Shown piece by piece: positions 49,971 to 60,455 of a DNA stretch of 64,000 nucleotides. A model generated the notes under the pieces. The model was not told the DNA's origin. It did no database searches and was given only the letters and a program-made list of their open reading frames with translations. The DNA lies in the NCBI GenBank assembly GCA_038244685.1, contig JBBRTD010000001.1, positions 166,392 to 230,391 on the forward strand. Reading direction: 5' to 3'. The position numbers were made by a program, and so were the translations under genes. How positions within the stretch are numbered: position 1 is the first letter of the stretch; each line of letters begins with the position of its first letter. The DNA comes from Minisyncoccia bacterium. Lineage in GTDB: Bacteria > Patescibacteriota > Minisyncoccia > Phycocordibacterales > UBA9973.

Positions 49971-52900
49971 TTATATTTCTTTTATTACAGGCTTAAGTTT
50001 GCCCACCGTCACCGTAACACTCTTTGAATCATTTCCTCCTGGTCCATTACAGGTCAAAGTATAAATGGTGGTCTTTAGTGGTTTAAAGGTTTTATTATTA
50101 TTACCAATAGGAGTTACACCAACAATGCTGACCGATGGACTAGGAACAGAAACCATGGAACAAGTTGTGGCTCCGGTTGAAGTCCAAGCTACGTTAACGG
50201 CTTCGCCAAATTCAATTTTGTTAGTATTAACTGAGAATGACGATATAGATGCTGGTACTGGTGGATTTGTAACCGTTACAGTAAATAGTGATGACCAAGC
50301 AGAATTTGCTCCTTTAATATCTTGAGTTAGAGCCTTAAGTGAATATACTCCGGGTGTTGGCCATGAATTTGCTGGAACCATTGATGTACCAGAAGCAACA
50401 AAACCAGTCCAAACATCAGCAACTCCATCGTTATTCCAATCAACACCATAGCGAACTTGGTCGAGGTCTGGATCAGTTCCTGTGACTATGAAGTTTTGAA
50501 GTACATCTTTGTAGAAAGTTGCATTTCCAGAAATAGTAGGAGCTAATGGTGCATTATTATCTGAAATACACGTTGCTCCGCCCCAATGGGTTCCGGCTGT
50601 ACAAGAAGCAGTTGCTGTAGCTGTAGAAAGCAAAGTTCCATTATTATATAGGAAGAAATTTCTAGTACCATTTGAAACAGCATAAGAAGTTCCAGCACTT
50701 GAATTGGCATTAGCTACAACAATACTTGTAGGAGTTGTTACTTGAGAAGTTCCTATTGGATATGTTGTACTCCAAATTAAATTCGTATTACATGAACTTG
50801 CCCCGAGTGCTATAGAACAGTTCGTTGCAGTTATTGGTCCACTTGCAGGAGGATTACAAGTAAAATCTGGTAAGGTTTTAATATTACTCCAGGCTCCATT
50901 ACTTGCTCTAGTATGAACATAAAGACCGCTGTATGTCTGACCGGGAGTAATCGCTACACTTGTTGTTGTACCACTTGCAACATCCACATAGAAAGGAGCA
51001 GTTGGTCTTACGTAGCCACCAGTATAAGGAGCTGGAACAGCCCAGTTAAGAGTCACAAGATTTCCAGCAGCATTACATGAACTTGTAAATGAAGTTGGTG
51101 GTGGTGGAATAGTAACTGTTACAGCATCAGAGGCTGACTGACCAGTTGCATTTGTACATGCGAGTGTATATGTTTGAGAAAGCGCACTTGCAGCACCGGC
51201 TTGTGATCCTCCTGATACAGAGACAGCAGAACCATTGATTGTACAACTTGTAGCGTTAGCAACTGCAGCCCAAGAAAGAGTAACAGGAGAACCAACATAA
51301 GTTTCAACTGAACCATCGGCATTATTTGATCCCCAGGCTGTGACTTTTAAGTCAGGAGTTGGAACAGCGGCATTGTTAACGTTAAAAGAAACTGATGTCC
51401 AACTATTCGCTGATGGAACCCAGTCAGAATTGTAACAATATGCTGACATGGTATGAGATCCTACAGAAGTTAAAGCTGGAGTATTATATGTTCCTGAATT
51501 ATAAACACTTGAATAATCCCACCCCCCACCAGAAGTCCAATTCCAATCTAATAATAAGTGACTGTAATATCCATTACTACAAGAATATGAAATAGTTGCT
51601 GGTGATCCGTAGGGAACATTTGGTGTAACAGACAGAGAAGTTATATTTGAAGCACAAGCTGGAACATTGTATGTCTGAGTGCTTGGTCCTGAACAAGCAG
51701 CTCCACCATAAGCAGGTGTTGGGCTATTACATGAGCGAGTTTGAGTTTTCGTCTGAGCGCTATAGGCACAAGTATTATCTTGGGCGCTCCATCCAGACCA
51801 TCCTCCATTTATAGGACAAGGAGCATTTGTATATGCTTGAGTGCTTGAACCAGAACAAGCAGCTCCACCACCTGAAGGTGCTGGACTATCACAAGAACGA
51901 GTTTGAGTTCCGGAATATCCACAGGCAGGATTTTGTGCACTCCAACCTGACCAACCTCCGTTTATAATAGGTGGACTAACAGTGAAAGTTCCTATTCTAC
52001 TCCAACTATTAGCAGAAGGAACCCAGTCAGAATTGTAACAATATGCCATTATATAATGAGTACCAGGAGTTGTAAGAGACCCAGTTGTAGAAGGAGATCG
52101 TGAGCCATAGTATCCACTATCATTTACTGGAGACCACACATCATCCATTATAAGATGACTATAATATCCATTTGTACAAGCATAATAAATATTTGCACTT
52201 CCTCCATATGGAATTACATTCGGAGAAACATAAAGAGATGTAATATTCGAGGCACATGCTGGAACTGTATATGTTTGAGTGCTTGGTCCTGAACAACCAG
52301 CTCCACCATAAGCAGGTGTTGGGCTATTACATGAACGAGTTTGAGTTTTCGTCTGAGCGCTATAGGCACAAGTATTATCTTGGGCACTCCATCCAGACCA
52401 ACCTCCATCAACAGGAGCATTAATAACACTATAATCACATGCAACCCATGGACTACTTACTCCACCTGCATTCATACATGAAACTTTTGCTTGGTGAGAT
52501 CCAACAGAGGCTCCGATTGCTCCTCTGGTTAAAGAAAGTGTCCCACTAGTATTATAATTTGACCAATAAGTATATTCATCAACTTTAAGTGAACACCAAC
52601 TTGCATTCGAAGAACCTACGGTAATATTGACAATATTACCAGAAGAATCTACTCCAGGATTTGGTGAAACAGAACATGAGGAAACGGGGGGTGGTGTAAT
52701 ATAAAAAGGAAGATCCCAATAATTATCACCATATAAACTTATATTTAAACTTACATTGTGATTACCAGGTGTTGCAACATTAAACGAAGTTGCTCCTGAA
52801 GGATAATAAGAAACATCTGTATAGCCGATAACCCATTGATATGTTGGATTTGTGTCAGTATTAGCTAATACATACATCGTTCCACCATAACTGGTATAGT

Positions 52901-53096
52901 CTACTGAAGTGGAAACTGTGACCGTATTTCCTGAAACATTTACGGCTGCAGTAAAGTACGTGTAATCTTCACCATTAGGATGAACGAGAGGCAGAAAAAA
53001 ACTATCTGCATCAACCTTATTAATTGGAATTAATGACAGTCCAAACAGAAAAACAAATATTATGAATAAATTATTAATTACTTTTTTCATTTTCAT
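49971..53096 (-). CDS. Giant secreted surface protein (1041 aa) with three thrombospondin type-1-like repeats, Ig-like repeat modules and a conserved C-terminal region shared with the paralog at 54560-57826
   Basis: Signal peptide MKMKKVINNLFIIFVFLFGLSLIP. TSR-like modules GGWSGWSAQ..C...TQTRSC.SP.P..GGA.CSG.STQ....PAC occur 3 times. Repeated beta-sandwich-like modules (ITSL.V.PNV...YSHL..D..W). C-terminal DPDLDQVRYGVDWNNDGVADVW Ca-binding-like loop. Confidence 0.8.
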   Translation of the reverse strand: MKMKKVINNLFIIFVFLFGLSLIPINKVDADSFFLPLVHPNGEDYTYFTAAVNVSGNTVTVSTSVDYTSYGGTMYVLANTDTNPTYQWVIGYTDVSYYPSGATSFNVATPGNHNVSLNISLYGDNYWDLPFYITPPPVSSCSVSPNPGVDSSGNIVNITVGSSNASWCSLKVDEYTYWSNYNTSGTLSLTRGAIGASVGSHQAKVSCMNAGGVSSPWVACDYSVINAPVDGGWSGWSAQDNTCAYSAQTKTQTRSCNSPTPAYGGAGCSGPSTQTYTVPACASNITSLYVSPNVIPYGGSANIYYACTNGYYSHLIMDDVWSPVNDSGYYGSRSPSTTGSLTTPGTHYIMAYCYNSDWVPSANSWSRIGTFTVSPPIINGGWSGWSAQNPACGYSGTQTRSCDSPAPSGGGAACSGSSTQAYTNAPCPINGGWSGWSAQDNTCAYSAQTKTQTRSCNSPTPAYGGAACSGPSTQTYNVPACASNITSLSVTPNVPYGSPATISYSCSNGYYSHLLLDWNWTSGGGWDYSSVYNSGTYNTPALTSVGSHTMSAYCYNSDWVPSANSWTSVSFNVNNAAVPTPDLKVTAWGSNNADGSVETYVGSPVTLSWAAVANATSCTINGSAVSVSGGSQAGAASALSQTYTLACTNATGQSASDAVTVTIPPPPTSFTSSCNAAGNLVTLNWAVPAPYTGGYVRPTAPFYVDVASGTTTSVAITPGQTYSGLYVHTRASNGAWSNIKTLPDFTCNPPASGPITATNCSIALGASSCNTNLIWSTTYPIGTSQVTTPTSIVVANANSSAGTSYAVSNGTRNFFLYNNGTLLSTATATASCTAGTHWGGATCISDNNAPLAPTISGNATFYKDVLQNFIVTGTDPDLDQVRYGVDWNNDGVADVWTGFVASGTSMVPANSWPTPGVYSLKALTQDIKGANSAWSSLFTVTVTNPPVPASISSFSVNTNKIEFGEAVNVAWTSTGATTCSMVSVPSPSVSIVGVTPIGNNNKTFKPLKTTIYTLTCNGPGGNDSKSVTVTVGKLKPVIKEI

Positions 53097-54408
53097 TCTT
53101 TTTTAGATTTCTAAAATATACAGCAACTCCTGCGACGACAAGAATTCCAATTGCCAAAATTATTAGGCTCTTATTTGCATTAGATTTTTTTTCTTCTGCC
53201 GAAAGAGGAGAAATGGGTAGTAAATTTATTCCAAAATTTTTTTGATCTAAGATATTTCCTTTATCATCTAATAAAGTGATGGAGGTACTGGGATTAAGAC
53301 ATTCTGTTTTTACAACAGCAGATAAATCTGTGATGGGATTTTTTATATTATTAATTAGAGGAATATTTATTGGATTAATGCATTCTTGCCCTTTATCATT
53401 TAACATTGTAGCTTTAATATTTAAATTTAAGGGTGTATTTTCTATTTTTGATTTATTACTACTTGAATTATAAAGCAAAGATAAGATAGCTGTGTCTCCT
53501 TTTTGATAATTATCTTTATTTAAAGTTAGATTTACAATTGAAGCACGAGTACCATTTAAAACATATGAGACATCAATCTTATTTGAAGAAACATCACCTT
53601 CAACCAGACTAACCTTCATATTATAAACCTGAGGGGTATTACCAATCGGAAGATTAATCGAAAATATTTTCTTTTCTTTTGATTTAAAAATTATTATTTC
53701 ATTGTTAATAATATTTTGTGGAACTATTGCCCCGTAAGATGAACCATTAAAAGTTTCAATTAAGGGTAAAACCGATAGATTTTTATCTATTTGATTAGTT
53801 GCTTCACAAAGGAGCTTTAGTGTTTCCCCTTTATTAATAGTAACTTTTTGTGAAATATTGTGATGAGGACTATCTTTTTCTTCTAATACCTGTGTGAAAC
53901 AAGTTGGTTCTGAAATAAGCAAACCCGCTTCTGAGGCCTTCAGGGTAACCTTACCTAATGAAACCTTAGCAAAAGGAAATCCATTTTCATTTTTAGCATT
54001 TATAAATAAATTATATTCACCCGAAAGTATTTTAGGGTAAGTGTAACTAATTTCTTTATTTAAAGTTTTATTTTCAAGAAGAACTAGAGATTCTTCGTAA
54101 ATTTTTTCATCAATAAGGTATGGAGTTTTTGAATCAGTGTCATACAGCTCAACTCCATATTTAATTCCAGTTTGAATTCCTGTACGATTTGATAAGATAA
54201 AAGAAATATTTATTATATTATCTTTTTGGGAAACTATTTTAGCATCTATTATATTTACGGTTGCTAAAACTACAGCTTTATTTATCGTATTATTAATAGC
54301 GGGTGGAACATTTGGCAGTTTTTGTGTTTCGTCTGCAAGGATAGGGGTTGCTAAAATAAAAGAAAGAAAAATAAACAAACTCACCGTTGGAATTTTTAAT
54401 AAATACAT
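53074..54408 (-). CDS. Signal-peptide protein with C-terminal TM anchor (444 aa), translationally coupled to the downstream giant gene
   Basis: N-terminal signal, beta-rich body, C-terminal LIILAIGILVVAGVAVYF then basic tail. 23-nt overlap with the start of 49971-53096. Confidence 0.6.
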   Translation of the reverse strand: MYLLKIPTVSLFIFLSFILATPILADETQKLPNVPPAINNTINKAVVLATVNIIDAKIVSQKDNIINISFILSNRTGIQTGIKYGVELYDTDSKTPYLIDEKIYEESLVLLENKTLNKEISYTYPKILSGEYNLFINAKNENGFPFAKVSLGKVTLKASEAGLLISEPTCFTQVLEEKDSPHHNISQKVTINKGETLKLLCEATNQIDKNLSVLPLIETFNGSSYGAIVPQNIINNEIIIFKSKEKKIFSINLPIGNTPQVYNMKVSLVEGDVSSNKIDVSYVLNGTRASIVNLTLNKDNYQKGDTAILSLLYNSSSNKSKIENTPLNLNIKATMLNDKGQECINPINIPLINNIKNPITDLSAVVKTECLNPSTSITLLDDKGNILDQKNFGINLLPISPLSAEEKKSNANKSLIILAIGILVVAGVAVYFRNLKKNENEKSN

Positions 54409-54508
54409 TTTATAAATTCTATTTTAAATAATAAATAATTGCCATAAGTATAACATTAGATATAGATATCAATGTCTAGTTTATTTGTTTAAATGTTTTG
54501 TAATATAG

Positions 54509-54543
54509 AAACACCCTAGGAACCTTTGTTCCTAGGGTGTTTA
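54509..54543. terminator. Terminator AACACCCTAGGAAC-CTTTG-TTCCTAGGGTGTT
   Basis: 14-bp stem 3' of the giant paralog. Confidence 0.55.
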
Positions 54544-54559
54544 AAACTATTTTATTTTA

Positions 54560-57500
54560 TTAAATTTCTTTAATTGTCGGTTTAATTTTCCCCACCGTCA
54601 CAGTAACACTCTTTGAATCATTTCCTCCTGGTCCATTACAGGTCAAAGTATAAATGGTGGTCTTTAATGGTTTAAAAGTTTTATTATTATTACCAATAGG
54701 AGTTACGCCAACAATACTGACGGATGGACTAGGAACAGAAACCATAGAACAGGTTGTGGCTCCGGTTGAAGTCCAAGCTAGGTTAACGGCTTCGCCGAAT
54801 TCAATTTTATTTTTATCTATAGTAAAGGATGTAATTGAGGCTGGTACTGGTGGATTTGTAACAACAACCGTGAACAATGATGACCAAGCAGAATTGGCTC
54901 CTTTAATATCTTGAGTTAAAGCCTTTATGTTGTAAGTACCAATAGTCGGCCACGAATTTGTTGGAACCATTGATGTGCCAGAAGCAACAAAGCCAGTCCA
55001 AACATCTGCAACTCCATCGTTATTCCAATCAACACCATAGCGAACTTGGTCGAGGTCTGGATCAGTTCCTGTGACTATGAAGTTTTGAAGTACATCTTTG
55101 TAGAAAGTTGCATTTCCAGAAATAGTTGGTGCTAATGGTGCATTATTATCTGAGATACATGTTGCTCCACTCCAATGAGTTCCGGCTGTACAAGAAGCAG
55201 TCGCTGTAGCTGTAGAAAGCAAAGTCCCATTATTATATAAGAAGAAATTTCTAGCACCATTTGATATAGCATAAGAAGTTCCAGCACTTGAGTTAGCGTT
55301 AGCTACAACAATACTTGTGGGGGTTGTTACTTGAGAAGTTCCTATTGGATATGAAGTACTCCAAATTAAATTCGTATTACATGAACTCCCGTTTAGAGGA
55401 ATTGTACAATTTGTAGCTGTAAGTGGTCCTGAAGCAGGGGGATTACATGTAATGTCTGCTATTGGTAAGGTATTACTCCAGGCTCCATTTGAACTTCTGG
55501 TGTGTAAATAAACTCCACTATAAGTTTGACCGGGAGTAACAGTAACATTAGTACTAAAACCACTTACAATGTCTTGATGAAAAGGTAATGTACCCCAGGG
55601 CGTACTTCTTAAATAGGCACCTGTATATCCAGGCTGAAGAGTCCAATTAAGTGTAGCTAAATTCCCAGCGGCATTACATGATCTTGTAAATGAAGTTGGT
55701 GGTGGTGGAACAGTAACGGTTACAGCATCAGAAGCAGATTGACCGGTTGCATTTGTACATGAAAGTGTATGAGATTTTGTTATTAAACTTGCCGTTCTTG
55801 TTTGAGACCCTCCTGAAACAGCAACAGCTGATCCATCGAGAGTACAACTTGTAGCGTTAGGAACTGCTGCCCAAGAAAGAGTATAAATATCACCTATATA
55901 AGTTTCTAATGGTCCATTAGAATTTGAACCTGACCACGCAGTAACTCTTAAATCAGGAACTGGGGCAGCGGCATTACTAACACTGAATGATACAGAATAC
56001 CAACTATTTGCAGATGGCACCATATCTGTATTGTAACAATATGCTGACATTGTATGAGATCCTACAGAAGTTAAAGCTGGAGTATTATATGTTCCTGAAT
56101 TGTAAACACCTGAATAATCCCATCCCCCACCTGAAGTCCAATTCCAATCTAATAATAAGTGACTGTAATAACCACTACTGCAAGAATATGAGATTGTTGC
56201 AGGTGTTCCATATGGGACAACATTATTTGTTATTGATAATGAGGTTATATTTGAACGTAAAGCAAAGTTAGCTGTACAGGTTTTTGATGAATCCATTGTT
56301 ACCTGTCCACTTGCATTACAACTTCCAGTCCATCCTGAAAATGTTGAATTGGCACTTGGAGAGGCAGTTGCTGTTACAAAAGTTCCTGGAGCATAACTTC
56401 CACTACCCCCCACAGAGCCAGAACCGGTCCCTGCTGTATTTACGGTAAGATTATAATTTACACAGTTAATAGCAACATTGGCTTGAATACTCCATGCTCC
56501 ATTTGAAGGATTTCTTGTGTGAACCCAGGCACTATAACCAGTATTTGGGGAAATTGAGAAGCCATCTGAAGTTCCAACAGAACCATCATTATAAAGAACA
56601 GTCGCTCCGTCTGAATTTCTAGAAGCTCTTGTATAAAAAGTATTATAACCAGCAGGTGCAGCCCAATTTATGGTTGCATACGTCGCACTAGCATTACAAG
56701 AATAACTTAGACTTGTAGGCATCGGTGGAGTAGTGATAGTAACTGAATCAGAAGCTGACTGACCTGTTGCATTTGTACATGAAAGAGTATGAGATTCCGA
56801 ACGAGCATTTGCAGTCCCAGCTTGTGAACCACCTGAAACAGAAACAGCGGAACCATCTAGAGTACAACTTGTAGCATTTGGTACGGCGTTCCAGTATAGA
56901 GTAAATGGAGAGCCTGTATAAGTTTCTATTGAACCATCGGCATGATCATAACCCCAAGCTGTGACTTTTAAGTCAGGAGTTGGTGTTGGAGCATTACTAA
57001 CAGTAAAAGATCCTATTCTAGTCCAACTATTAGCTGAAGGTACCCAATCTGAGTTATAACAATATGCCATGGCATAGTGAGATCCAGGAACTGTAAGTGC
57101 CCCTGTCGTCGTTGGAGATCTTGAACCATAATAGTTTGAATCTTGCCAAGCCCAAGTATCATCTAAAATAATATGACTATAATATCCATTCGTACAAGCA
57201 TAATATATATTAGCAGAACCTCCATACGGGACAACATTCGGTGAAACATACAAAGAAGTTATATTTGAAGCACAAGCTGGAACATTATATGTCTGAGTGC
57301 TTGGTCCTGAACAATCTGCTCCGCCATAAGCTGGTGTTGGATTATTACATGAACGAGTTTGAGTTTTAGTTTGAGCACTATATGCACAAGTATAATCTTG
57401 AGCACTCCAACCAGACCAACCTCCATTTACATTTACACCAAAATTTACGGTATACCAACCGGTCCAAACCCAATCATTGTTATAACAAGTTACAGAAGCA

Positions 57501-57826
57501 GTATGACCTCCAGGAGCCAAAACCGGTGTTGTCCATGAGCCAGAACTAGAATAAATAACACCTAAGGCATCTCCTCCCCAATCAAGATAAACATCACAGA
57601 AATCTGTACCACTATTCGCTGTATATGATATTGTTCCAGTTCCTCCGACAGGAATATTACCTGGAGTGACAGTTACAGAAATAATAGCAGGAAGCGGTCT
57701 GACTGTAACAGTAGTACTTCCTCCCCCAGTATCAGCATTTGCAAATGTAGGCCCTAATATAGACAAAACGAGAATGAATAAAAATATTTTTATTGTTTTC
57801 ATAATTTTAGATAAGATACGACTCAT
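54560..57826 (-). CDS. Giant secreted surface protein paralog (1088 aa) with one TSR-like repeat, Ig-like modules and the same C-terminal region as 49971-53096
   Basis: Signal peptide. NGGWSGWSAQDYTCAYSAQTKTQTRSCNNPTPAYGGADCSGPSTQTYNVPAC. C-terminal roughly 330 aa nearly identical to the paralog at protein and DNA level. Confidence 0.8.
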   Translation of the reverse strand: MSRILSKIMKTIKIFLFILVLSILGPTFANADTGGGSTTVTVRPLPAIISVTVTPGNIPVGGTGTISYTANSGTDFCDVYLDWGGDALGVIYSSSGSWTTPVLAPGGHTASVTCYNNDWVWTGWYTVNFGVNVNGGWSGWSAQDYTCAYSAQTKTQTRSCNNPTPAYGGADCSGPSTQTYNVPACASNITSLYVSPNVVPYGGSANIYYACTNGYYSHIILDDTWAWQDSNYYGSRSPTTTGALTVPGSHYAMAYCYNSDWVPSANSWTRIGSFTVSNAPTPTPDLKVTAWGYDHADGSIETYTGSPFTLYWNAVPNATSCTLDGSAVSVSGGSQAGTANARSESHTLSCTNATGQSASDSVTITTPPMPTSLSYSCNASATYATINWAAPAGYNTFYTRASRNSDGATVLYNDGSVGTSDGFSISPNTGYSAWVHTRNPSNGAWSIQANVAINCVNYNLTVNTAGTGSGSVGGSGSYAPGTFVTATASPSANSTFSGWTGSCNASGQVTMDSSKTCTANFALRSNITSLSITNNVVPYGTPATISYSCSSGYYSHLLLDWNWTSGGGWDYSGVYNSGTYNTPALTSVGSHTMSAYCYNTDMVPSANSWYSVSFSVSNAAAPVPDLRVTAWSGSNSNGPLETYIGDIYTLSWAAVPNATSCTLDGSAVAVSGGSQTRTASLITKSHTLSCTNATGQSASDAVTVTVPPPPTSFTRSCNAAGNLATLNWTLQPGYTGAYLRSTPWGTLPFHQDIVSGFSTNVTVTPGQTYSGVYLHTRSSNGAWSNTLPIADITCNPPASGPLTATNCTIPLNGSSCNTNLIWSTSYPIGTSQVTTPTSIVVANANSSAGTSYAISNGARNFFLYNNGTLLSTATATASCTAGTHWSGATCISDNNAPLAPTISGNATFYKDVLQNFIVTGTDPDLDQVRYGVDWNNDGVADVWTGFVASGTSMVPTNSWPTIGTYNIKALTQDIKGANSAWSSLFTVVVTNPPVPASITSFTIDKNKIEFGEAVNLAWTSTGATTCSMVSVPSPSVSIVGVTPIGNNNKTFKPLKTTIYTLTCNGPGGNDSKSVTVTVGKIKPTIKEI

Positions 57827-57908
57827 TAGATTTCTATTTGATTCTAATTTAGAAACAATAAATTTAAGTTTCTAACTCTAGAGTAAACCATTAATATAAA
57901 ACTACATA

Positions 57909-58412
57909 TTAATGTATAGGACGACACATATAACCACCAGTTCTGGAAGTCATAATATTGGAAAGGCCGAATGAAGTAGGAGAAGAATCAACAACTCTAT
58001 AGTCATAAGCACCATTATCAAGAGCACCTGCTAAAACTTCACCAGTACCATAGGTACCACTAACGAAAGGCCCTGTTTCAAACACATTACTACTGGTACA
58101 ATGCTGTAATTTATAATAATAGTAAGTTGGTGATGAGGCCCCTGAACAAGTAACAGAAAAAGTAGTAGTTGCGTATAAATTACTTACATAAAAAGACCCA
58201 GTTGGGCCACTACCTCCTCTTCCCCCTGCTTCAAAACAAGTAGAAGCACCTGAAGATGTCCAACTTATTTGAGTACCTCCCCCATAAGAAACAGCAGAAG
58301 GGTATGCAGTTACAGTAACGGCAACAGCGGCGCTACAAATATTTGCTGATATAAAAGCTATCCCAAAAACAAATAAAATTTTAACTAAAGATTTATTAAA
58401 TATTTTTTTCAT
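57909..58412 (-). CDS. Secreted protein (167 aa) carrying the YYKLQHC...SRTGG.C C-terminal domain
   Basis: Signal peptide. Shares ...YYYKLQHCT..NVF(E/Q)TGPF.SGTY.TGEVLAGALDNG.YDYRVVDSS with the C-terminus of 62933-64000. Confidence 0.6.
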   Translation of the reverse strand: MKKIFNKSLVKILFVFGIAFISANICSAAVAVTVTAYPSAVSYGGGTQISWTSSGASTCFEAGGRGGSGPTGSFYVSNLYATTTFSVTCSGASSPTYYYYKLQHCTSSNVFETGPFVSGTYGTGEVLAGALDNGAYDYRVVDSSPTSFGLSNIMTSRTGGYMCRPIH

Positions 58413-58539
58413 GTTATTTTAATAAGATATTATGATATTGCCTTAAATTATATCATATATAGATAAATATTTACAATTAAACAAAAAAAAGACCACTCAA
58501 ATTATATAAAATAATTGAGTGGCTTTTTTATTTAGTCTA

Positions 58540-59250
58540 CTATTTGACCTTCTTGTATACGTCTTTAAAGTTATCCTTAAAGATTCTAAAGGATTCCGAA
58601 GATATATTTTCAACCTTCCAAGCCCCACCCCAATTTAATGTTGGTGGTTTTGTTGTTTCATCGACAGACCAAGGTCCATCGCCTTTAAAACTTCCAACCA
58701 TTACATCAAACCTACCATTCGGAAGAAAAGTAACAACATCTGCCTCTGCTCGTGGAATAGAATAATATTTCCAAACCAGAGTTGGATCTTCGGGGGTTTT
58801 TGGTTCGTAAATATAAACCGAATCCTTAACCCATGAACCTTGAAGAAAGATCCAGGATAATGTTTTTTCAAAAGTTACTTTTACCTCATAATTTGTGGAG
58901 GCGTTAGTAGATATAACATAATTTTTACTTGTCATTGGAGTAGCAACCCCATTAACAGTTATAGTTTTTTGGGTGTAGCCAGGATCGGCTTCCGTCAAAA
59001 TTTCAACTACTGCACCACTTACCGCTTCATTTGGGCAAATGATTTTACCACCTATTCCGTTAACAACGGAAGCGGTAATCGTGAATTTCTGTGCAGGAGG
59101 ATCAAGAGGTCCTTCTTTACAAGAAACAATAAACATAAGTCCTACAACTAGCAGGACAACAAGAAAAAATAGTTTTTTCATATCCTTTATTTTTAGTGTA
59201 AATTTTCCTAATTTCATATATAGTATAGTACTTTTTAAGCATTTTGTCAA
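58540..59250 (-). CDS. Lipoprotein (236 aa)
   Basis: Lipobox LVVGLMFIVSC. Confidence 0.55.
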   Translation of the reverse strand: MTKCLKSTILYMKLGKFTLKIKDMKKLFFLVVLLVVGLMFIVSCKEGPLDPPAQKFTITASVVNGIGGKIICPNEAVSGAVVEILTEADPGYTQKTITVNGVATPMTSKNYVISTNASTNYEVKVTFEKTLSWIFLQGSWVKDSVYIYEPKTPEDPTLVWKYYSIPRAEADVVTFLPNGRFDVMVGSFKGDGPWSVDETTKPPTLNWGGAWKVENISSESFRIFKDNFKDVYKKVK

Positions 59251-59451
59251 GTTTCAATGCTCTTATATCGTATGCCTAATCTAAAGACTTTTTTGCTAAA
59301 TAAAATTAAATCAAAAAATAATAATTTCATATTTCATTTATATAAGTGTATAATAATATATTATTAATTAAATAGATATGCTTTGTTTCAATCAATAAAA
59401 TCGTTATAAATGAATTAATAGATTCGAAGCTTAGCAATTCTGTAAAATCGT

Positions 59452-60129
59452 ATGCAAAGAAATAAAATAATTTTAGCCTTGGCCATAGGAACAATATTTT
59501 CACCTGTAATAACAATACAAGCAGTGGAAAAAACAAACACAATAAAAGCAACTACAACAACGCAATCTCAAAATATTACAAAAATTCCTACAATCGATAA
59601 AGCAAAGATTGAAGAAATGAGAGCAAAACTAATGATTGAGACTAAAACCATAAAAGGTAATCTTGATATTCAAAAAGCTGAAATTGAAAAATTATTAGCA
59701 GAAAAAAAAGGTGAGACCAAAACAAAGCTTGTAGCAAAATCTCAAGAAAAAGTTCGAACTATTTTAGATAATATTTTTAATAAATTTAATGCTCAATTAG
59801 GAAAACTTTCAGGAGTTGACGCTAAGGTATCAATAAAAATCAATACTTTAGAAAAAACTGGGGTAAATGTAAGCGAGGCAAAGACACAATATACTATAGC
59901 TAAAGCCTCATTAGACAAGACAACAGCAGAAGTTCTAGCCATAAGAATGGTTTTAATGGAACAAATTACAGTAGATACATCAAGAGGAACATTTAGAGAT
60001 CTTGTAAAGAAAGCAGAAGAAAGTATGAAGGCTACAGGAAAAGAATATAACAAAATTATACCTCTTATCGTTAGTAGAAATAATAATGTCGAAGCAAAAG
60101 TTAATACAAATATTATAAATCAACAATAA
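59452..60129 (+). CDS. Secreted coiled-coil protein (225 aa)
   Basis: Signal peptide MQRNKIILALAIGTIFSPVITIQA, heptad-rich K/E composition. Confidence 0.55.
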   Translation: MQRNKIILALAIGTIFSPVITIQAVEKTNTIKATTTTQSQNITKIPTIDKAKIEEMRAKLMIETKTIKGNLDIQKAEIEKLLAEKKGETKTKLVAKSQEKVRTILDNIFNKFNAQLGKLSGVDAKVSIKINTLEKTGVNVSEAKTQYTIAKASLDKTTAEVLAIRMVLMEQITVDTSRGTFRDLVKKAEESMKATGKEYNKIIPLIVSRNNNVEAKVNTNIINQQ

Positions 60130-60135
60130 TCACAT

Positions 60136-60402
60136 ATGGAACCAACAACACCAACAGTAGCAGTAGCAAATAATAAATCAAAAATGGCTATCATTGTAAT
60201 TATAGTATTAATCATAATCGCTGGAGCGATAGCTGTAATATCACGTAGAGGAAAAACAGAAGTAAATCCTGCAAATAATGGGGAGGTTCAAAATGGTACA
60301 GTCTCCGAGTCGGATGATTCTCAAATCTTAACACAAGAGATTACTGCAGCCACAACATTTGATAATGAAAAAGATTTAAGTGAAATAGATAGCGCCTTCT
60401 AA
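60136..60402 (+). CDS. Small single-pass membrane protein (88 aa)
   Basis: TM IIVIIVLIIIAGAIAVI, acidic C-terminus. Confidence 0.45.
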   Translation: MEPTTPTVAVANNKSKMAIIVIIVLIIIAGAIAVISRRGKTEVNPANNGEVQNGTVSESDDSQILTQEITAATTFDNEKDLSEIDSAF

Positions 60403-60415
60403 TAATAGAATAAAT

Positions 60416-60445
60416 AAAAACCCTCGGAATATTCCGAGGGTTTTT
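60416..60445. terminator. Bidirectional terminator AAAAACCCTCGGAAT-ATTCCGAGGGTTTTT
   Basis: Perfect palindrome between convergent genes. Confidence 0.6.
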
Positions 60446-60455
60446 ATTTATTCTA

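Noticed and set aside
50065-57875. Plus-strand ORFs (86, 66, 86, 94, 69 aa) within the giant surface-protein genes
   Set aside because: Antisense to long, repeat-supported minus-strand ORFs. The duplicated 86-aa ORFs simply reflect the duplicated underlying DNA.
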